Positions 38,714-48,544 of a stretch of DNA of 64,000 nucleotides are shown here, in pieces. The stretch spans positions 4,623 through 68,622 of the forward strand of contig VFJS01000042.1 of the NCBI GenBank assembly GCA_009885955.1. The letters run 5' to 3'. Position 1 is the first letter of the stretch. Each line of letters begins with the position of its first letter. This stretch comes from Spirochaetia bacterium (lineage in GTDB: Bacteria; Spirochaetota; UBA4802; UBA5550). The position numbers were made by a program, and so were the translations under genes. Below the pieces are notes generated by a model, which was given only the letters and a program-made list of their open reading frames with translations, ran no database searches and was not told the DNA's origin.

Positions 38714-39598
38714 TTGAAGGTGTTGAATATGAAAAAAATCGCAGTGGTCCTGTTTCTTGTATTCCTGATTCTGCCCGGATGCCGGGAGAAAATACCCGGT
38801 GCGGAAATAAGCACTATCCAGGACGATGCCGACTGGTCCTTTGTGCTCCTGGGGGATATCCGTACGGGGTATGATGTGTACCGGCAGCATATCAAGGTCA
38901 TCAAACATGTGGCCCCTCCGCCGTCATTTGTAATGATTACCGGTGACCTGGTTTCAAAACCGGGAAAGGAGGATGAGTGGAAGGAGTACAGGGAGATATC
39001 CTCGGCAATCCCGGAGTCCATACCCCTCTATGTCGTTGCCGGGAACCATGATGTGAACAGCCGGGAGACAAATGACATGTACATGGCCTATACGAATATG
39101 CCCGGTAATAAAATGTATTATTCCTTCACCCGCAGGGGGGTCCGCTTTATATGCCTGCACACGGAACTTCCCGGCGAGGCCGGCAGGATCACAGGCGGGC
39201 AGTACCGGTGGCTGGCCGACCCGGTGAGCGGTGAACTGGCAAAGGCCCAGGCCGACACATCCATAGAGTCCATAGTAATTTTCATGCACCGGCCCCTTTA
39301 TCCACAGGGGAGATACAAAGGGAGGAAATCAATAGAAAATGCCGACGGCCTTCATGCACTCTTTGAATCAATGGGGAAGGTAAGGCTTGTCGTGGCGGGC
39401 CACGAGCACCAGTTTTTTTATTTCAAGAAGAACGGAATACACCATATCATATCAGGCGGCGGCGGTGCTCCACTGTATAATGAAAATGGAGGAGATTTTT
39501 ATCACCTGGTGAAGATCGGGATGTATGGTAAAATAAAGGCCATGAAGGCAAGGGTCTACGGGCTGGACGGGAAGGTGATACGGGAGTTTGAGATGTAG
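38714..39598 (+). CDS. calcineurin-like metallophosphoesterase lipoprotein
   Basis: Lipobox LILPGC. Motifs GDIR, GDLV, VAGNHD and AGHEHQ. Confidence 0.8.
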   Translation: MKVLNMKKIAVVLFLVFLILPGCREKIPGAEISTIQDDADWSFVLLGDIRTGYDVYRQHIKVIKHVAPPPSFVMITGDLVSKPGKEDEWKEYREISSAIPESIPLYVVAGNHDVNSRETNDMYMAYTNMPGNKMYYSFTRRGVRFICLHTELPGEAGRITGGQYRWLADPVSGELAKAQADTSIESIVIFMHRPLYPQGRYKGRKSIENADGLHALFESMGKVRLVVAGHEHQFFYFKKNGIHHIISGGGGAPLYNENGGDFYHLVKIGMYGKIKAMKARVYGLDGKVIREFEM

Positions 39599-39827
39599 GG
39601 CCGTTTCTTTTCTGCCCTTGAGCTGTTATTGACCACGCATAAATCAGTTCGAATGTTTTATTGAGCTTTTGTTGCGCTTCAGGTGTTCGCCGGTACAATT
39701 CCGCACAACAATGAAACAATAATTTTTAAATAATAAATACATTGCCCCTTGATTATTTATCAATTCCTATATAAATTATGAATGAATGTATATTTGATAC
39801 ATGGATGTAACAGTTTATTATTAAAAT

Positions 39828-40154
39828 ATGGAGATTAATATGAAGGGTGAGATATTACTGCAGAATGTATTTTATCTGTTTATACTGGCCATCATACTTG
39901 AAGCCTCGGTCATGGCAATATTTTCAATATCCTACGTGAAAAGATTCAGCAGCAGGATGCCGGTGGAAACGGCAAGGGATGTCCTGATTATCATATTATC
40001 CTTTGTCGTATGTCATCAGGAAAAATTTCTGACGCTGTTCCGCGATACGGGCATAAAATTCCCTCCACTCCTTGATGTCATCATCAGTGCCCTTGTGCTG
40101 GCCCGGATGACTTTTTTTATCAGGGAATTTTTAAGTAAAATGAAACATGAATAA
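39828..40154 (+). CDS. hypothetical small membrane protein
   Basis: Three predicted TM helices. No recognisable family. Confidence 0.3.
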   Translation: MEINMKGEILLQNVFYLFILAIILEASVMAIFSISYVKRFSSRMPVETARDVLIIILSFVVCHQEKFLTLFRDTGIKFPPLLDVIISALVLARMTFFIREFLSKMKHE

Positions 40155-40222
40155 CCGGTAACGGCCTGATGGTGCGTAAGAACTGGATGTAAGATCTTGG
40201 CTTCGGATATATTGATGTATTC

Positions 40223-41257
40223 ATGAGATATTATCTTATTATCATACTTATTATTATTTCTTCAAACCTCGCTGCTGCCGGTGAAAATGTAGCAATGGAT
40301 GATGGAACTCCTGCCGGTGAAAAAAATATTCTCAGCCGGGATAAAACATTTAACCTGTCCCTCTCGGCCGGTGTTTCCCTGATGCAGGGGAGTACAACGT
40401 ACCAGATAGGAGGGCATGTATCAACTCCGACCGGGTCTGACAAAGTCCAGTTCCCGCTGAGCGAGCTTGAGTTTCCACTCAATGTTTACATGGCAAATAT
40501 TAAAGCAGGCCTGGAATACGGGGGGAAATGGAGGCTGAACACGGGATTGAAAAAAAACATTTCCAGGGATGGCGGGAGGATGAAGGATTCCGACTGGGGG
40601 ATCCCCTGGGAAGACCCGCCCGGATCAGGGACGTATTACTGGTATGGCCCAGACCACCTGGACATATATTCCGAAAGCAAAACCAGGGCCGATGCCGTTA
40701 TAGCCGATGCAGAGTTAATGTACAGGTTCAAGGAGATGGAGTACGGAACCGCGCGGATATCATTCTACGGCGGGTTAGGTTACCGGTATCAGAATTACTC
40801 CTATGAATGCAGGCTCATCAGGCAGAGGGATTACCGGGCAGCCGCCCCTCCATGGGAGAAGCAGGATGCGCAGGGTGACGGCAGGGTCGGATTGACCTAT
40901 ACTGTCATATCCTATATACCCTATATAAAATTCAGCCCGGAAATAAAAGTACATGATTTTATTTATTTTGAGGCAGGTGTCGGGTATTCGCCTTTTGTTA
41001 AATTAAAAGACAGGGATAATCATATCCTCCGATCAAAAATTTCCAAAGGGGAGTGTGAAGGATATGCCCTGATGTTTTCCATTTCGGCCCGTGCGGTTTT
41101 CAGGAATTTTTTCATGGAAATCGTATATGCCTATGATTTCATATATGCGAAAGGAAAGCAGAAGCAGTATGATAGCGGTGTATGGTCAGCGACCATTGAG
41201 CAGAAGAATTTCAGCACGGCTCGGACTGCGGGAGTTTCTATAGGATATAATTTTTAA
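40223..41257 (+). CDS. putative outer-membrane beta-barrel protein
   Basis: Signal peptide, alternating amphipathic strands and a C-terminal ...GYNF. Confidence 0.45.
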   Translation: MRYYLIIILIIISSNLAAAGENVAMDDGTPAGEKNILSRDKTFNLSLSAGVSLMQGSTTYQIGGHVSTPTGSDKVQFPLSELEFPLNVYMANIKAGLEYGGKWRLNTGLKKNISRDGGRMKDSDWGIPWEDPPGSGTYYWYGPDHLDIYSESKTRADAVIADAELMYRFKEMEYGTARISFYGGLGYRYQNYSYECRLIRQRDYRAAAPPWEKQDAQGDGRVGLTYTVISYIPYIKFSPEIKVHDFIYFEAGVGYSPFVKLKDRDNHILRSKISKGECEGYALMFSISARAVFRNFFMEIVYAYDFIYAKGKQKQYDSGVWSATIEQKNFSTARTAGVSIGYNF

Positions 41258-41269
41258 CAACAGAGCATG

Positions 41270-41631
41270 CTTTCATGCTGATTTTTGGTCCATGCACCGA
41301 ATGGGTTTTGTGCGGGCTGCCACACGGTAAGTATGTCCAGTGGCCTGGACTGGTTCATGATAGGGGGCGTCTCCCGACGGCCGCCCCCTATCGACCCCCG
41401 CGTCGCTCTTGCAGAGGGCTGACTTTTCTTTACATCGACTTGTTTGTGTCGCCTGCGGATGGGCCTCCTGCCCGTCCTCGGCGCATTTCGCTCGACATCC
41501 TGTCTCGCTCACTGGTTGTCAGAAACATGATTATTTCTGCTACACCCCCCTCTCCTGCCAGGAGAGGGGACGGGGGTGAGGTCACGGATGTCCGAAAAGC
41601 GCTCGACGGGACAGAGGTGAGGTCAGGAACT
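41270..41631. mobile_element. GC-rich structured repeat region, copy 3 of the same family (reverse orientation; composite)
   Basis: Shares CGTCGAGCGCTTTTCG(A/G)ACATC with copy 1 and CCTCACCCCCG...GGAGAGGGG(G)TGTAG with copy 2. Contains perfect hairpins GATAGGGGGCG/CGCCCCCTATC and CCCCTCTCCTG/CAGGAGAGGGG. Confidence 0.5.
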
Positions 41632-42726
41632 TCATCGCCCCATGCTTATCCCTATGGCCTCGGCGCACTGAATGAGCTGCGAGTCCACGGGCACAACGCG
41701 CACTTTCCCGGCCAGGTCCGCCAGGGGCACAAGCACGATGTCGGGCATCTTCAGGGCCACCATGTTCCCGAAATTTCCTTCTGCAGCGGCGCGCACCGCG
41801 TGGCTTCCGAGCCTTGTACCCAGGACCCGGTCAAAGGCGCACGGGGAGCCTCCGCGCTGAATGTGGCCCAGAACGGTGCAGCGCACCTCAAGGTCAATCC
41901 GTTTTTTTATCTCCTCAGCAAGGTATGAACCCACGCCGCCGAGCTGCGGCACTCCCTGAAGCCGTGTCGATGCCGTGGCCTGGGTTATCACATCGCCCCC
42001 CTCCTCCTTCGCGCCTTCGGCAACCATGATGATGCTGTAGGGGCTTCCGCCTTTTGCCCGGGCTTTTATCTTTTCCACGATACGGTCAATATTGTAGGGG
42101 ATCTCGGGGATGATGATGATGTGCGCCCCGCCTGCAATGCCCGATTCCATGGATATCCAGCCCGCGGTCCTTCCCATGACCTCGAGAATCATGACGCGCT
42201 GGTGGCTCTTCCCGGTGGTATGCAGGCGGTCAAGGGCGTCGCATGCCACCTCCACGGCTGTCTGGAACCCGAAGGTGTAGTCGGTTTTATCGAGATCGTT
42301 GTCTATGGTTTTGGGTATGCCGATGACATGGGCCCCTTTTTTTGCGAATTTGTAGCCTATCTCCAGTGTCCCCTCACCGCCGACGACGAAGAGGCAGTCC
42401 AGGCCCAGCCTTTTATACGTCTCCATGGCCCTGTCGGAATAATCGCTCACGCTTATGGAGCCGTCAGGGCGGAGTTCCCGGTACTCGAAGGGGTTTCCCT
42501 TATTCGTGGTGCCCAGGATGGTGCCGCCCAGGGTAAGGATGTCCCGTGTTGCCCGGATGGAGAGTTCCTGGGTCTGCCCGCTTATCAGCCCTTCGAATCC
42601 CCCCTCTATTCCCACCACTTCAGCCTTATACCCGATAATCGCAGTGCGCGTCACCCCCCGGATGACTGCGTTGAGCCCTGAACAATCGCCGCCGCCTGTG
42701 AGAATACCGACCTTTTTTAGTGCCAT
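41632..42726 (-). CDS. pfkA: 6-phosphofructokinase
   Basis: GILTGGGDCSGLN, GGEGT and MGR motifs. Confidence 0.92.
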   Translation of the reverse strand: MALKKVGILTGGGDCSGLNAVIRGVTRTAIIGYKAEVVGIEGGFEGLISGQTQELSIRATRDILTLGGTILGTTNKGNPFEYRELRPDGSISVSDYSDRAMETYKRLGLDCLFVVGGEGTLEIGYKFAKKGAHVIGIPKTIDNDLDKTDYTFGFQTAVEVACDALDRLHTTGKSHQRVMILEVMGRTAGWISMESGIAGGAHIIIIPEIPYNIDRIVEKIKARAKGGSPYSIIMVAEGAKEEGGDVITQATASTRLQGVPQLGGVGSYLAEEIKKRIDLEVRCTVLGHIQRGGSPCAFDRVLGTRLGSHAVRAAAEGNFGNMVALKMPDIVLVPLADLAGKVRVVPVDSQLIQCAEAIGISMGR

Positions 42727-42972
42727 GACAAACCTCCTGGGAATGCATTTTTATTTAAATTTAATACTTATAAAATTATTAGTCAAGAAATAGCAGTTTT
42801 TTGATAGATAGAAGAAAGAATAACCACGAAAATCACGAAAGGCACGAAAGAAGAGGGTTGTTCTTTTAGAGACATTCGTTGTTACTCTTTTTAAAATTAA
42901 AGGAGATAGAACGTAAAACCTTGGCCCTGGCAATTTTGAAGTCTTTTGAAATATCTACAGAAGAATGTCCGG

Positions 42973-43014
42973 AGTGCCGACGATTTTTTGCACGTCCTGT
43001 GCATCGTCGGCACT
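42973..43014. other. perfect 12-bp inverted repeat (AGTGCCGACGAT / ATCGTCGGCACT) with 18-nt structured loop
   Basis: Read directly. A 3x 9-bp tandem CACGAAAnn lies at 42823..42849. Confidence 0.5.
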
Positions 43015-43339
43015 GCGACATCCTGCCGGGAGTGTTCTTCATTGATGATTCAGGAAACTATTTTTTCTTTTCTTGCTGACAGGGAAATCAAAAAATTGAA
43101 TAAAACACATTTTATTATTAAAGTGGTCGAATCCTTATCGCACATCCTTTGCGGCTTCGCCGTTTGTTTATTCTTGAACATTATCATCCATTCCTCATAA
43201 ACAAGAGAACAGAAAATCAATTCCTCCATGACGGAAATTCGGGTTTCTAAATTTGCATAAAATTATTGACATTAATTAAATGGTTAATATATTAAAAATA
43301 TACAGAAGAGGTATGTCTTTTCATTTTGTGGGGTGATGC

Positions 43340-43436
43340 AAATTTTAAGGCAGTGTGTATGGATTTGCTTCTTTGTAATGAATATGCAGTTTCCGATATA
43401 CACCATTCTGTCTCTTGAATAGGGTTGCATGAAATA
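43340..43436. repeat. composite intergenic repeat: unit A (AATTTTAAGGCAGTGTGTAT) plus unit B (TGAATATGCAGTTTCCGATATA...GAAATAC)
   Basis: Unit A recurs at 44530..44549. Unit B recurs at 45629..45687 (first 22 nt identical, about 75% overall). Confidence 0.7.
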
Positions 43437-43512
43437 CTATATGTTTTTGTAACGTTTTCAGGGATCAGTTTTTTATCATTTATTTTGGGAATTTCCAATA
43501 TGTCAAATTCTG

Positions 43513-44427
43513 ATGAAATTTAAAATCACTCCTGCAGTCCTATTTTGTGCCTCTTTCTCCAGCGCTCCTCTCATGGGGCAAAACGTTGGAGGAACAACAT
43601 CCTCCATTCAAATCGACTGGTGGGAGATGTTCCCATTTATATGTATCCCCATCGCATTTTTTCTCTTCTCTGCTGTGGTCTCCGCCGATGCCGAACGGGA
43701 AAAAAAGCGCACGTTCATTCTTTCCGCGCTTATGGTTTTTGTTGGATGTGCATTATTCTTTGTTTCGGCGATTTCAGATCAAAAAACAGTCAGCCTGACC
43801 GCTGCTATTATGGGCCTGATCTATGCCGGTACCGGACTATGGTTTCTTTCCTTAAAAGACAGGTATTCTTCTAAATTCAAAGCTCTCCGTGAACTTCCTT
43901 TAACCGCTCAAAAGTACGGCTTAACGTATATTGAAAGCCAAACCTTCGATACTCCCGGAGACATGCAAGGCATGTATGCCAACTACAAAGTGGAAATATT
44001 GCCCGATGGCAATTCCAGGGACGGACGTTTTATTGTTTATCTAAAAAAAAATATCGGCAAATGTGAAATTTCATTTTCTAAAACGGTGTACAGGCCCGCG
44101 GAGGGTTTAGTTGAATTTTATACCGGCAATTCATTGTTTGATTCGTGCTTTAAAACCCGCTATGCGACGCAAAATTTGGCCGAGAAGCTTCGAACTGCCA
44201 GGGATAATCTCGCTCCAATTTTAAATTTTATTAAAAAATGGCAAATCACGCACTGGTGGATTTTCGGTATATGGGGTCGCAGCTGGCTTACTATCGAAGG
44301 AAACACAATCAGGTATTCCGATGTTCCTGTCAAAGGCGGCCCCTATGTTCTATCGGCTGCGCGCGTAGAACAGGTCCTGCCGGATATCATCGCCCTGGCA
44401 CGAACCTTGGAGAAAATCGCTGATTAG
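43513..44427 (+). CDS. hypothetical membrane protein
   Basis: Three N-terminal TM helices and a soluble C-terminal domain. No SD before 43513, so the start is uncertain. Confidence 0.4.
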   Translation: MKFKITPAVLFCASFSSAPLMGQNVGGTTSSIQIDWWEMFPFICIPIAFFLFSAVVSADAEREKKRTFILSALMVFVGCALFFVSAISDQKTVSLTAAIMGLIYAGTGLWFLSLKDRYSSKFKALRELPLTAQKYGLTYIESQTFDTPGDMQGMYANYKVEILPDGNSRDGRFIVYLKKNIGKCEISFSKTVYRPAEGLVEFYTGNSLFDSCFKTRYATQNLAEKLRTARDNLAPILNFIKKWQITHWWIFGIWGRSWLTIEGNTIRYSDVPVKGGPYVLSAARVEQVLPDIIALARTLEKIAD

Positions 44428-44586
44428 GCGTATGAAAAAAAAATTCTTGATGCCGACGGAACATACTGTAAATTAGAGAACATTTATTTGAGGGGAGTTA
44501 AATTCCAGAAGTAGGGAATCAATTTGACAAATTTTAAGGCAGAGTGCATATATCTGCGGAAATTTATAGTTATAATAGGAGGCCTT

Positions 44587-45609
44587 ATGAAATATGTTCT
44601 TGCTCTCATATTTATTATGAGTATTACGGTTCAGTTGTATCCGCAAATCAGCGAGACGAAAGAAAAAACTACAGACGCGACTGAACCCGTTGCAAATTCC
44701 AACGCAGGCATATCAATCATTCCTTTTACCTCCTGGCGTTTTATTAATTTCGGAAATGAAGACCTCAAGTATACATTTGATAATACAAAGTCGACGACAT
44801 ATGAGACAAATTTCCACATAGGATATTTTTCGTTTGGCGGGGCTGCCACGGTAAACGATATGGCATTTGGTAAAGTTGACAATGTCCTGGGATATCTGGG
44901 CTTTTCGTCATTTTCTCTCAAAATGTCACAGGCCCATATGCGGGGGACCGGCACCTGGTCGGGTGATCAAGTGGGAGGCATGAAAAGTAAATTTTCATTT
45001 GATAACACGATCCGTAATTATGATCTTATTTATAATGGAGGCAATGATGTACTGGAAGGGCTGAAGAGCTGGTATGCAGGCATTTCATATACCAGGCTGT
45101 CAATGCCCATGGAGTTTCAAGTTAGTGTTCATCCCCCGAACAGAAAATATCACGAGGATGGCAAATCCGTATATGATGAAAAATTTTCCCTCGAATCTTT
45201 CGGGATAACATTCGGATTTGACATGTTGAAAGATAAATCGCGCAGGCCCGGCTTGGATGTCTTCGGAGTATCCCAGGACAGATTCGGCATTTATAATACA
45301 TCTTCATTAAGCAATGCCGCAGTATCCAGGTTAATTGTTCTAAATCCGGGATATGGTTCCCCTAAAAAAAACGGGAGGAGCTGGTTTCCTAACACGCCTG
45401 CTTATCTTGACAATGAATCGGCAGTTGGTCTCAGCTGGACACATGTATTTCCTGAGGGGTGGATTATTTTCGCGGTCGGCTATGATCTGATCTGGGGTTT
45501 GATTGGCGGACCATATGAAACGGCCAGTATGGGTAGAATGGGGATAGAGGGAAGCGCGAATATGTTTTTCCGTCATGGAATAATATTCCGGGTGTATGGG
45601 GCATGGTAA
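44587..45609 (+). CDS. hypothetical secreted/outer-membrane protein
   Basis: Start at ATG 44587 with AGGAGG 4 nt upstream. Signal peptide MKYVLALIFIMSITVQLYPQ. Beta-rich composition. Confidence 0.45.
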   Translation: MKYVLALIFIMSITVQLYPQISETKEKTTDATEPVANSNAGISIIPFTSWRFINFGNEDLKYTFDNTKSTTYETNFHIGYFSFGGAATVNDMAFGKVDNVLGYLGFSSFSLKMSQAHMRGTGTWSGDQVGGMKSKFSFDNTIRNYDLIYNGGNDVLEGLKSWYAGISYTRLSMPMEFQVSVHPPNRKYHEDGKSVYDEKFSLESFGITFGFDMLKDKSRRPGLDVFGVSQDRFGIYNTSSLSNAAVSRLIVLNPGYGSPKKNGRSWFPNTPAYLDNESAVGLSWTHVFPEGWIIFAVGYDLIWGLIGGPYETASMGRMGIEGSANMFFRHGIIFRVYGAW

Positions 45610-45628
45610 TATCCCTCCTTATTTGTCA

Positions 45629-45687
45629 TGAATATGCAGTTTCCGATATAGTTCATTCTGGCCCATGAATGGGGTCTTCTGAAATAC
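45629..45687. repeat. second copy of repeat unit B
   Basis: See 43378..43436. Confidence 0.7.
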
Positions 45688-45858
45688 ATTCAGTTTTAAA
45701 GATTCCCGGGGTCTGTTTTTCTCATTTATACGCGCAGGTTCCTTGAAAGAAAAGAAAAATACCTGGTTCTTTGAAGGAATTCATATTGGGAAAAATCAGA
45801 GCTCCCCCCCTATCCTCCAGACAGGAGGAAATACAAATGGGGGAGCAAGGAGGATTTA

Positions 45859-46232
45859 TGGATAAAGTCGTTCATTTTGAAATACCCTATGACAACAAGG
45901 ACCGTGCATCGAAATTCTATTCGGGGATATTCGGTTGGAAGCTCATTGATATACCCGAGATGGAGTACACCCTGGTCCATGCCGCTGAAACTGACGGGAA
46001 CAATATGGTTTCTGAAAAGGGCGCCATCAACGGAGGATTATTTCTCCGTGATGAAACAGCCAGTAAGCCCATGGTGGTAATCGGCGTCAGGTCCATTGAC
46101 GAAACCATAAAGAAAGTCATTGCAGCCGGCGGGAAGGTAGTCGCTCCCAAACAGCCCATTCCAAACGGTTCTTATGCCCGGATTGCCGATTGCGAAGGGA
46201 ATATCATCGGCATTGCTGATGAATCAAAATAA
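45859..46232 (+). CDS. VOC/glyoxalase-family protein
   Basis: VHFEIPYDNKDRASKFYSGIFGW N-terminal βαβββ motif. AAGGAGG lies 7 nt before ATG 45859. Confidence 0.65.
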
Positions 46233-46396
46233 GAGGAATTTTATTATACTACACAAAAATATAGTATTTTTTACTTGACATAATAAAGAATTTTTTATTA
46301 CTTTACAAATAATGCCACATAATATTTTTTTATTTGATTTTATCGGCATGTTCATCGTATATATTATAATGAAACAAAAATGAAAGGGGTTTGGAA

Positions 46397-47614
46397 ATGA
46401 CTGAACAAAACAGCGCGGAAAAGAAAAATCAGGTCCTGGAGGCTGCGATTCAGCAGATTGAGAAGCAGTTCGGCAAGGGCTCAATCATGAGGCTCGGGGA
46501 TAATAACCCCAAATTTGAAATACCCTGCATATCTACAGGTTCCCTTGAACTGGACATAGCCCTGGGCCTGGGGGGAGTTCCAAGGGGGAGGATTATTGAA
46601 ATATACGGGCCCGAATCGTCGGGGAAAACTACTCTCACCCTCCACATAGTGGCAGAAGCTCAGAAGGCCGGCGGCGTTGCGGCATTCATCGATGCCGAGC
46701 ATGCCATGGACCCCGGTTATGCCAAGAAGCTGGGCGTGAACACCGATGAGCTCCTTGTATCACAGCCCGACACCGGGGAAGAGGCCCTTGAAATCGCCGA
46801 AGCCCTTGTGAGGTCAGGAGCCGTGGATATCATCGTGATAGATTCCGTGGCCGCACTTGTGCCCAAGGCTGAAATTGACGGCGAAATGGGCGATTCCCAC
46901 ATGGGTCTCCAGGCAAGGCTCATGAGTCAGGCCATGAGAAAACTTGCAGGCATCATATCGAAATCCAAGACAAGCATGATTTTTATCAACCAGATCAGGT
47001 ATAAAATAGGGGTCATGTTCGGTTCCCCGGAAACGACTACCGGGGGCAATGCCCTCAAATTCTATGCATCGGTACGCCTTGACATACGGAAGGTGGAGAC
47101 ACTGAAGAACGGTGAAGATGCCATTGGCAACAGGGTCAGGGTAAAGGTGGTGAAAAACAAGGTGGCGCCACCGTTCAAGCAGGCGGAGTTCGATGTAATT
47201 TTTGACTCCGGCATATCCAGGGAGGGGGGAATCGTGGACCTTGCAGTAAAGTACGACATCATTAAGAAATCGGGAACATGGTATGCCTATGGTGAAGAGC
47301 GTATCGGCCAGGGCAGGGAGAACGCAAAGAAATTCCTCATAGAAAATCCCAAACTGAGTTCGGAGATTGAAAAAAATGTCAGGATAAAGTCCGGACTTAT
47401 AAAAGATGCTAAAGATGCTAAAAGTGCTAAGGATGTGAAGGAAGGAAAAGATATTAAAGATATAAAGGACGCCAGGGAAGGAAAGGATGTCAAGGACGTT
47501 AAGGCAGGAAAAGAAGTCAGGGATATGAAAGATATCAGGGAAGCCAAAGATGATAATGATGACTCAAAGATGAACAACACCAATGACAAGGAAAAGAAGG
47601 CAGCCCAGGCTTAG
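46397..47614 (+). CDS. recA: recombinase RecA with a C-terminal 16x tripeptide (D/E-x-K/R) repeat tail
   Basis: Walker [10 protein letters not shown] and the L1/L2 regions. Start at ATG 46397 (the track's 46391 is a TTG). Tandem 9-bp repeats at 47405..47548. Confidence 0.95.
   Translation: MTEQNSAEKKNQVLEAAIQQIEKQFGKGSIMRLGDNNPKFEIPCISTGSLELDIALGLGGVPRGRIIEIYGPESSGKTTLTLHIVAEAQKAGGVAAFIDAEHAMDPGYAKKLGVNTDELLVSQPDTGEEALEIAEALVRSGAVDIIVIDSVAALVPKAEIDGEMGDSHMGLQARLMSQAMRKLAGIISKSKTSMIFINQIRYKIGVMFGSPETTTGGNALKFYASVRLDIRKVETLKNGEDAIGNRVRVKVVKNKVAPPFKQAEFDVIFDSGISREGGIVDLAVKYDIIKKSGTWYAYGEERIGQGRENAKKFLIENPKLSSEIEKNVRIKSGLIKDAKDAKSAKDVKEGKDIKDIKDAREGKDVKDVKAGKEVRDMKDIREAKDDNDDSKMNNTNDKEKKAAQA
47405..47548 (+). 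repeat. 16 tandem degenerate 9-bp repeats (GAT-nnn-AAR) encoding (D/E-x-K/R)16
   Basis: Counted directly. The antisense track ORF 47287..47589 is an artefact of this repeat. Confidence 0.9.
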
Positions 47615-47630
47615 AAAAAATTTTGATAGA

Positions 47631-48389
47631 ATGAGGAAAAGCGGAATTAGGCTGAAGAGCCCGGACGATATAAAGAGAATCAGGGAGTCAGGAATCATAT
47701 TATCGGAATTGTTCAGCCTGATTTCCCGGATGGACCTTGATGGCATTACGACCTGGGATATCGATTCCTTTGCTGATGACTTTATCATGAAAAGGAAGGG
47801 CCGTGCAGCCTTTAAGACGATCACGGATTACAACTATGCCTCTTGTATCTCCATTAACAGTGAAGCTGTCCACGGCATACCATCGAGAAAAAGAAAGGTT
47901 CAGCAGGGTGACCTGGTCAAGATAGATTCAGGTGTTGCCCTGAATGGTTACTTCTCAGATGCCTGCCATACATTCCCGGTTGGAAAGGCATCCCCTGAAG
48001 CAGAGAAACTTGTTGCGTCATGCAGGAAGGCACTTATGGCCGGTATTGGTTTTGCCTTAGCCGGATTTACTACAGGCGACATGGGTTATGCGGTATCAGA
48101 ATCGGCCAGTGATGATGATTTCAGCATAGTGAAAAAATTGGCAGCCCATGGTACGGGATTTTCCCTCCATGAACCCCCGAGGATTCCCCATTACGGAGCC
48201 AGGGGAGGAGGGCTGATTCTTATGGAAGGGCTTGTTTTTACATTGGAACCGATAATGAATGCAGGAAAGCCCGATGTGGTTAAATCAGAAAACAGATATA
48301 CCCTTGTCTCAGCAGACGGTAGCCTCTCAGCCCAGTTTGAGCATACTATTGCCATAACAGGCGAAGGGCCCGTCATTTTAACTGCCTGA
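47631..48389 (+). CDS. map: methionine aminopeptidase, type I
   Basis: Pita-bread fold motifs (HGIPS, DSGVALNGY, FTLEPIM, EHTIAIT). Start at ATG 47631 rather than the track's 47583. Confidence 0.88.
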   Translation: MRKSGIRLKSPDDIKRIRESGIILSELFSLISRMDLDGITTWDIDSFADDFIMKRKGRAAFKTITDYNYASCISINSEAVHGIPSRKRKVQQGDLVKIDSGVALNGYFSDACHTFPVGKASPEAEKLVASCRKALMAGIGFALAGFTTGDMGYAVSESASDDDFSIVKKLAAHGTGFSLHEPPRIPHYGARGGGLILMEGLVFTLEPIMNAGKPDVVKSENRYTLVSADGSLSAQFEHTIAITGEGPVILTA

Positions 48390-48544
48390 AGTAAGCTAAT
48401 GTATTTTTTTTTCAGTAAACTTCCTGAATAAAAGAATAACGCCATTCCTGTTATTAATATCAAATACACATTGACACCATGATTTTTTTATTGTAGATTG
48501 TCTATTGGAATCAGTATTCATAAAGAAGTCTTTTTATATATTAT

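Noticed and set aside
39641-39648. GTTCGAAT string resembling a tRNA T-loop
   Set aside because: No flanking acceptor or anticodon-stem complementarity, and no GGTTCGAATCC context. No tRNA or rRNA genes were found in the window.
42879-43079. 66-aa ORF with CPEC...HRRHC that looks like a zinc-ribbon
   Set aside because: The Cys and His codons come from the perfect 12-bp palindrome (GTGCCGACGAT / ATCGTCGGCAC) read in frame. There is no SD and no other support.
44395-44409. sigma-54-like TGGCAC-N5-TTGG
   Set aside because: The -12 element has GG instead of GC, and the site lies inside the 3' end of a coding region.
47287-47589. 100-aa Ser/Leu/Phe-rich minus-strand ORF
   Set aside because: It is the reverse complement of the recA 9-bp tandem repeat, so the periodic sequence keeps a frame open by construction.
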